Shown: piece by piece, positions 59,645-64,000 of the stretch
Position numbering within the stretch: the first letter of the stretch is position 1
How the letters are laid out: each line of letters opens with the position of its first letter
NCBI GenBank assembly: GCA_030390025.1
Contig: CM059431.1
Location: 121,646,001-121,710,000 of the forward strand
DNA from: Squalus acanthias
Taxonomy: Eukaryota
DNA: 64,000 bases
Direction of reading: 5' to 3'
The notes under the pieces: model-generated
What the model was told of the DNA's origin: nothing
Database searches by the model: none
What the model saw: the letters and a program-made list of their open reading frames with translations, nothing else
Translations under genes and position numbers: made by a program

Positions 59645-59867
59645 TTTTACATCTTGACCTAACATTCATTAGTCAAGGAGACAGGATGTCTTTTTACTAT
59701 TTATTAAAACACTGTAATAGGACATTACATTAAGAACTGTAACAGACAGCCAAACTTCTCTCCCTGAGGTAGGGGATCCAACTTGCCTGAACTTGCCCCT
59801 GAGGCTCCAGCCCCTCCCTCTCTGTATGGCCGGGAGACTGGGTCAAAAGCAATCTCAAAACACAACA
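59645..59867 (-). repeat. 3' LTR (223 bp), preceded by polypurine tract GGGGGAAAGGAG (59868-59879)
   Basis: Begins TGTTGTG right after the PPT and contains AATAAA on the minus strand. Confidence 0.95.
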
Positions 59868-59891
59868 CTCCTTTCCCCCAGATAAAACCCC

Positions 59892-62800
59892 TTAGTCCTC
59901 CAGACGTCTGGGACGGAATTTAACTCGACTTGAGCGCCGCAGGACAGGCATATTCGGGGTGTCACTGTTAGCCTCAGGAAAACCTTCCTCCGTGGTTGAT
60001 GACTCTATGACACCCTCTGTGGACGCGGCTTCCGTCGTTGTTGCAGGAAGCAGGCCGTCACTGCTTGGCAGAGGTGGCGGAGACAATGGGCTAGCCTTTG
60101 ATGTCTCAGTTACTCTCGCTGGAGTACGACCCCGTAGCTGGTCTACGTGGCGTCTGTGTAGCTGGCCATCAGGTGTATGGACGCTGTACGACAGGGGACC
60201 CGTGGCCTGCTCCACCACGGCAGGCATCCATTTGTCTCCTCCTGTATAGCAACGGGCAAACACAGTCTCTGACGGCTCGAACTGCCTGGCGGTGCCCTGG
60301 TGCTTCTTAGCCAGCACCTCTTGTTTTGTGTGCATCTCGTCCTTGTAGTCCGGGTGTAGCCGGTCCAGTGCAGTCGCCAGCCGGCGACCCATCAGCATCT
60401 CAGCAGGACTCTTCCCCGTTGCTGAGTTTGGTGTGGTATGCTGTGATAACAGGAACCTGGCCAATCTGGTTTGCCAGTCCCCCACCGATATCCTCACCAG
60501 TGCCTCTTTTGTGGTTTGCACCATCCTCTCTGCCTGCCCATTAGAGGAGGGGTGATAGGGCGCTGTGGTCACGTGGCGGATCCCGTTTCTGCTTGCAAAA
60601 GCCTTGAACTCCGCTGACGTGAAGGCTGCTCCATTGTCTGAAACCAGCACGTCGGGGACCCCATGTGTGGCAAACAGCAAACGCAATGTGTTGATCACTG
60701 CCCTGGATGTCATGGAGTTCATAATAGCCACCTCCAGCCATTTCGAATGCGAATCAACCACTATTAAAAAGACCTTCCCCTGAAAAGGCCCTGCAAAGTC
60801 AACGTGGAGTCTTGACCATTTACGAGTGGTCCACTCCCAGGGGTGAAGGGGAGCCTTGGGTGGGCTATGGCGGGTCAGCTGACATGTCTCACAGCTCTTT
60901 ACCACCTCCTCCACGTCTTGGTCCAACCCCGGCCACCAGACGTAGCTTCTCGCCAACGCCTTCATGTGCACAATCCCAGGGTGTGAGTCATGCAGCATTT
61001 TCAGCACCTCCTCTCTTGCGGCGGCAGGAACCACCACACTGCTTCCCCAGAGCACACAGTTCCTGTGTGCAGACATTTCATGGCGCCTCTGAACGAAGGG
61101 CTTGAAACGCTCCTCCTGGACCTCGGAGGGCCAGCCGTGCAGCAGCCAGCGTAGCACCCGTGATAAGACTGGATCCTTCTGTGTGAGGCTGCCAATCCGC
61201 TGGGCATGGAGTGGGGCCTCCGGGACCTGCTCCAGTAGCAGCACCTCCAGGGGTGGTGGCGTCTCAGCCATCGGCCGGTTCAAGGGCAAGCGACTCAGAG
61301 CATCAGCATTAGCCAGCCTCTTCCCAGGCCTGTAGCAAAGTTCATAACTGTAGGCCCCCAACATCAGACTCCACCGAAGCATACGCGGTGATATGATTAG
61401 GGGCATGGGCTTGGAGTGATGCAGGAGCCCCAAGAGTGGCTTGTGGTCCGTGTAGATGACGAACTGTCTCCCTAACAGGTACTGGCTGAACTTCTTTACC
61501 CCAAATATGATGGCTAAGGCCTCCTTGTCAATCTGGGCGTAGTTACGTTCTGTTGTTGAGAGTGTTCTTGAGGCAAAACTGATAGGCGCCTCCCGGCCAT
61601 CTGGCTCTATGTGACCCAATAGAGCTCCCAGCCCGTATGGTGAGGCATCACACACCAACACCAATGGTTTGTTTTCATCATAGTGTGCCAGAACCTTATC
61701 TGCTTGTAGCAGTTCCTTTGCCTGTCTGTAGGCTGTTTCATGATCTGAGGTCCAGTTCCACACTGTTGCTTGGTCTAACAGCCTGTGCAGTGGCTCTAAG
61801 ATTGTGGCTTTGCCCTTGAGAAAACAACTGTAGAAGTTTAACAGTCCGAGGAATGCCTGCAGTTCGGTCTTGTTCTTGGGGTTGGGAGCGCTCCTGATAG
61901 CCTCCACCTTCTCCGTAGTCGGATGCACACCGTCTTTGTCCACTCGGAATCCCAAGAACTCCACCCCATTGGCAGCGAACACACATTTCTCCTTCTGAAG
62001 GCATAGTCCTACCTCAGCCAGCCGGCGTAGTACTTCCTGCAGCCGCTCATCATGGGCTTCCTGTGTCTTGCCTGTAATTAGTATGTCATCCAGGTAAGGC
62101 TGAACTCCCGGAACACCAGCCAACAGGGTGTCCATGAACCTCTGAAAGATTGCCACAGCCGTCGACACCCCAAACTGCAGCCTTGCGGCTCGGAAAAGTC
62201 CTCTGTGGGTGTTGATTGTCAATAGCTCGGCTGACTTTTCATCCAGGACCAGTTGCTGGTATGCTTGCTTGAGATCCAGCTTGGTGAACAGGGTGCCTCC
62301 AGCCAGTGTTGAAAACAGCTCTGTAACTGTTGGTAAGGGATACACATCTGGTAGCACAGCAGTATTAACCGTACATCTGTAATCTCCACAGATTCGCAGG
62401 CCCCCATCCTTCTTTGCAATGGGCACGATAGGGGTGGCCCAACGGGAGCTCTTCACTGGTATAAGAACCCCTTGGTTCACCAGCTTATCCAGGGTCTCAT
62501 CCACCTTCTTGCGCAACGCAAAAGGAACTGGTCGCGCCTTGAAGAACTTAGGCGCTACCCCTGGGTCCACTTCGATTGAGACTGGCGGTCCCCGACAGGC
62601 CCCGAGCTCACCAAAAACCTCTTCATAGTTCTCCAACATAGGCATTATGGGCTGTCGCTGTACCGTGTGTACTCCTGTCACTCCAATACCAAGGGGCTCA
62701 AACCAATCTCTGCCCAGCAGGCTTGTGCCCTGCCCCGCCACCACATAAAGCGGAAGTGTGTCCTTGACTGCCCGATACTTAACTTGCACATGAATCATAC

Positions 62801-63620
62801 CCAGCACTTGGAGTTGGGCTTGGGACCACTGCCGTAGCACGCCACTGACCTGAGCCATCACCGGGGGTTCACTTGGCCACAGCCTATTGTAAGTCTCTTC
62901 ACTTATCAACGAACACGCTGAGCCTGAATCCACCTCCATGCCGAGTGGTGCCCCATTCACGATCACATTTGCTGTGTATCCCCACCGTCTGTGGTGTCGC
63001 TGCTCAGCTTCCGTGGTATACACTGTATACTCATCGTTGTCCTCCCGTGTCAGGGTGTGTGTCTGTGATGCTTGTGTTGGCTCTGCTGCAGCAGCCTGAG
63101 CTTTCTTCATGCAGACACGAGCTATGTGTCCTCTTTTCTTACAGAAATGACATACCGCTGCCACAAATTTGCATGTAGTGGCACCATGGAGAGCCCCACA
63201 GCGGAAACATTTTCTTCCTGTCTGTTTAGTTGCCTCCCTGTCACTCGCAGCATCAGCTGCGTGTGTGGTCTTGTGCACACCCTCGGCGGCCCGAGGTGGC
63301 GCTGCTTCTATACGTAGCATACCTGTGTTCATCGACGCAGCCTCTGCTGCTAAAGCCTTCTCCTCGGCCAGTCGGAACGTCAGGGCCTTGTCCGCTAACA
63401 GCTGTTTCTGCAATGCCGAGTCCAGCACTCCACACACAATCCGATCACGGTGCATATTGTCTAAATGGTCACCAAAATTACAATGTACCGAGCGTTTCCT
63501 CAACTCAGCAATGTACCTTGAAATAGATTGTCCAGGCTGTTGTTTACAATTGTGAAAATGGAAACGCTGCACAATTTCTGAGGGTTTTGGGTTGAAATGT
63601 TGCTGCAGTATTTCTATCAA
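59892..63620 (-). CDS. Gypsy gag-pol polyprotein (gag, zinc knuckles, protease, RT, RNase H, integrase); open frame without an upstream ATG
   Basis: CHFCKKRGHIARVC, VDSGS, RICGDYR, YLDD, CDAS/DKEALA/TDHKPL, HHCC, and integrase HVDFAG / SDNG / NGQAER. Confidence 0.95.
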   Translation of the reverse strand: MIEILQQHFNPKPSEIVQRFHFHNCKQQPGQSISRYIAELRKRSVHCNFGDHLDNMHRDRIVCGVLDSALQKQLLADKALTFRLAEEKALAAEAASMNTGMLRIEAAPPRAAEGVHKTTHAADAASDREATKQTGRKCFRCGALHGATTCKFVAAVCHFCKKRGHIARVCMKKAQAAAAEPTQASQTHTLTREDNDEYTVYTTEAEQRHHRRWGYTANVIVNGAPLGMEVDSGSACSLISEETYNRLWPSEPPVMAQVSGVLRQWSQAQLQVLGMIHVQVKYRAVKDTLPLYVVAGQGTSLLGRDWFEPLGIGVTGVHTVQRQPIMPMLENYEEVFGELGACRGPPVSIEVDPGVAPKFFKARPVPFALRKKVDETLDKLVNQGVLIPVKSSRWATPIVPIAKKDGGLRICGDYRCTVNTAVLPDVYPLPTVTELFSTLAGGTLFTKLDLKQAYQQLVLDEKSAELLTINTHRGLFRAARLQFGVSTAVAIFQRFMDTLLAGVPGVQPYLDDILITGKTQEAHDERLQEVLRRLAEVGLCLQKEKCVFAANGVEFLGFRVDKDGVHPTTEKVEAIRSAPNPKNKTELQAFLGLLNFYSCFLKGKATILEPLHRLLDQATVWNWTSDHETAYRQAKELLQADKVLAHYDENKPLVLVCDASPYGLGALLGHIEPDGREAPISFASRTLSTTERNYAQIDKEALAIIFGVKKFSQYLLGRQFVIYTDHKPLLGLLHHSKPMPLIISPRMLRWSLMLGAYSYELCYRPGKRLANADALSRLPLNRPMAETPPPLEVLLLEQVPEAPLHAQRIGSLTQKDPVLSRVLRWLLHGWPSEVQEERFKPFVQRRHEMSAHRNCVLWGSSVVVPAAAREEVLKMLHDSHPGIVHMKALARSYVWWPGLDQDVEEVVKSCETCQLTRHSPPKAPLHPWEWTTRKWSRLHVDFAGPFQGKVFLIVVDSHSKWLEVAIMNSMTSRAVINTLRLLFATHGVPDVLVSDNGAAFTSAEFKAFASRNGIRHVTTAPYHPSSNGQAERMVQTTKEALVRISVGDWQTRLARFLLSQHTTPNSATGKSPAEMLMGRRLATALDRLHPDYKDEMHTKQEVLAKKHQGTARQFEPSETVFARCYTGGDKWMPAVVEQATGPLSYSVHTPDGQLHRRHVDQLRGRTPARVTETSKASPLSPPPLPSSDGLLPATTTEAASTEGVIESSTTEEGFPEANSDTPNMPVLRRSSRVKFRPRRLED

Positions 63621-63773
63621 GTCCCTTTAAGATCCACGTGGTCAGAGTTACAATAGCTAAACTCACGTTAGTTGCCTGGATGTTATTAGCTGGGTGGCCC
63701 GCTCGTCGCAATATCCAATATCAGATTCGTAGGTTCGCGTCTATCTCCGTCCTTCTAGAGAGTCCGACAACCG

Positions 63774-63784
63774 CCTCGTCGCCA
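63774..63784 (-). promoter_or_regulatory. Primer-binding site TGGCGACGAGG, complementary to the tRNA-Ser(GCU) 3' end
   Basis: Lies 1 nt after the 5' LTR; complements ...CCUCGUCGCCA. Confidence 0.85.
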
Positions 63785-64000
63785 GTTTTACATCTTGACC
63801 TAACATTCATTAGTCAAGGAGACAGGATGTCTTTTTACTATTTATTAAAACACTGTAATAGGACATTACATTAAGAACTGTAACAGACAGCCAAACTTCT
63901 CTCCCTGAGGTAGGGGATCCAACTTGCCTGAACTTGCCCCTCAGGCTCCAGCCCCTCCCTCTCTGTATGGCCGGGGGACTGGGTCAAAAGCAATCTCAAA

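Larger units (their letters stand above)
59645..64000 (-). mobile_element. Young Gypsy/Ty3 LTR retrotransposon (about 4.36 kb); 5' LTR runs about 8 bp past the window end
   Basis: Direct LTRs at 59645-59867 and 63786-64000+ with 2 mismatches in 215 bp, plus PBS, PPT and gag-pol frame. Confidence 0.98.

Overview
Eukaryotic, repeat-dominated non-coding or intronic DNA, most likely from a cartilaginous fish. That assignment is an inference from Deu-domain SINEs of the SacSINE1/AmnSINE1 type, CR1 LINEs with (AGAACATA)n tails, and Penelope termini. There are no prokaryotic genes, rRNA genes, true tRNA genes or CRISPR arrays. Most of the window is nested transposable elements. (1) A very young Gypsy/Ty3 LTR element (59645 to beyond 64000, minus) with a 1242-codon gag-pol frame, apparently lacking its gag start, with TG...AA LTR ends. 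(2) A 5'-truncated Penelope element with a 10-bp TSD and an intact minimal hammerhead ribozyme. (3) An apparently full-length single-ORF LINE that starts with a tRNA-derived Pol III head and sits inside a DeuSINE. (4) A 1590-bp CpG-rich solo LTR with a 4-bp TSD inside a CR1. (5) PIF/Harbinger elements (transposase plus Myb/SANT gene relics), their deletion derivatives and more than a dozen MITEs. (6) hAT and Tc1/mariner MITEs, CR1/L2/RTE fragments, and two long G/A-rich satellites. Two low-confidence host exon candidates lie on the plus strand. Coordinates were read by eye; ends without a TSD or TIR are approximate.
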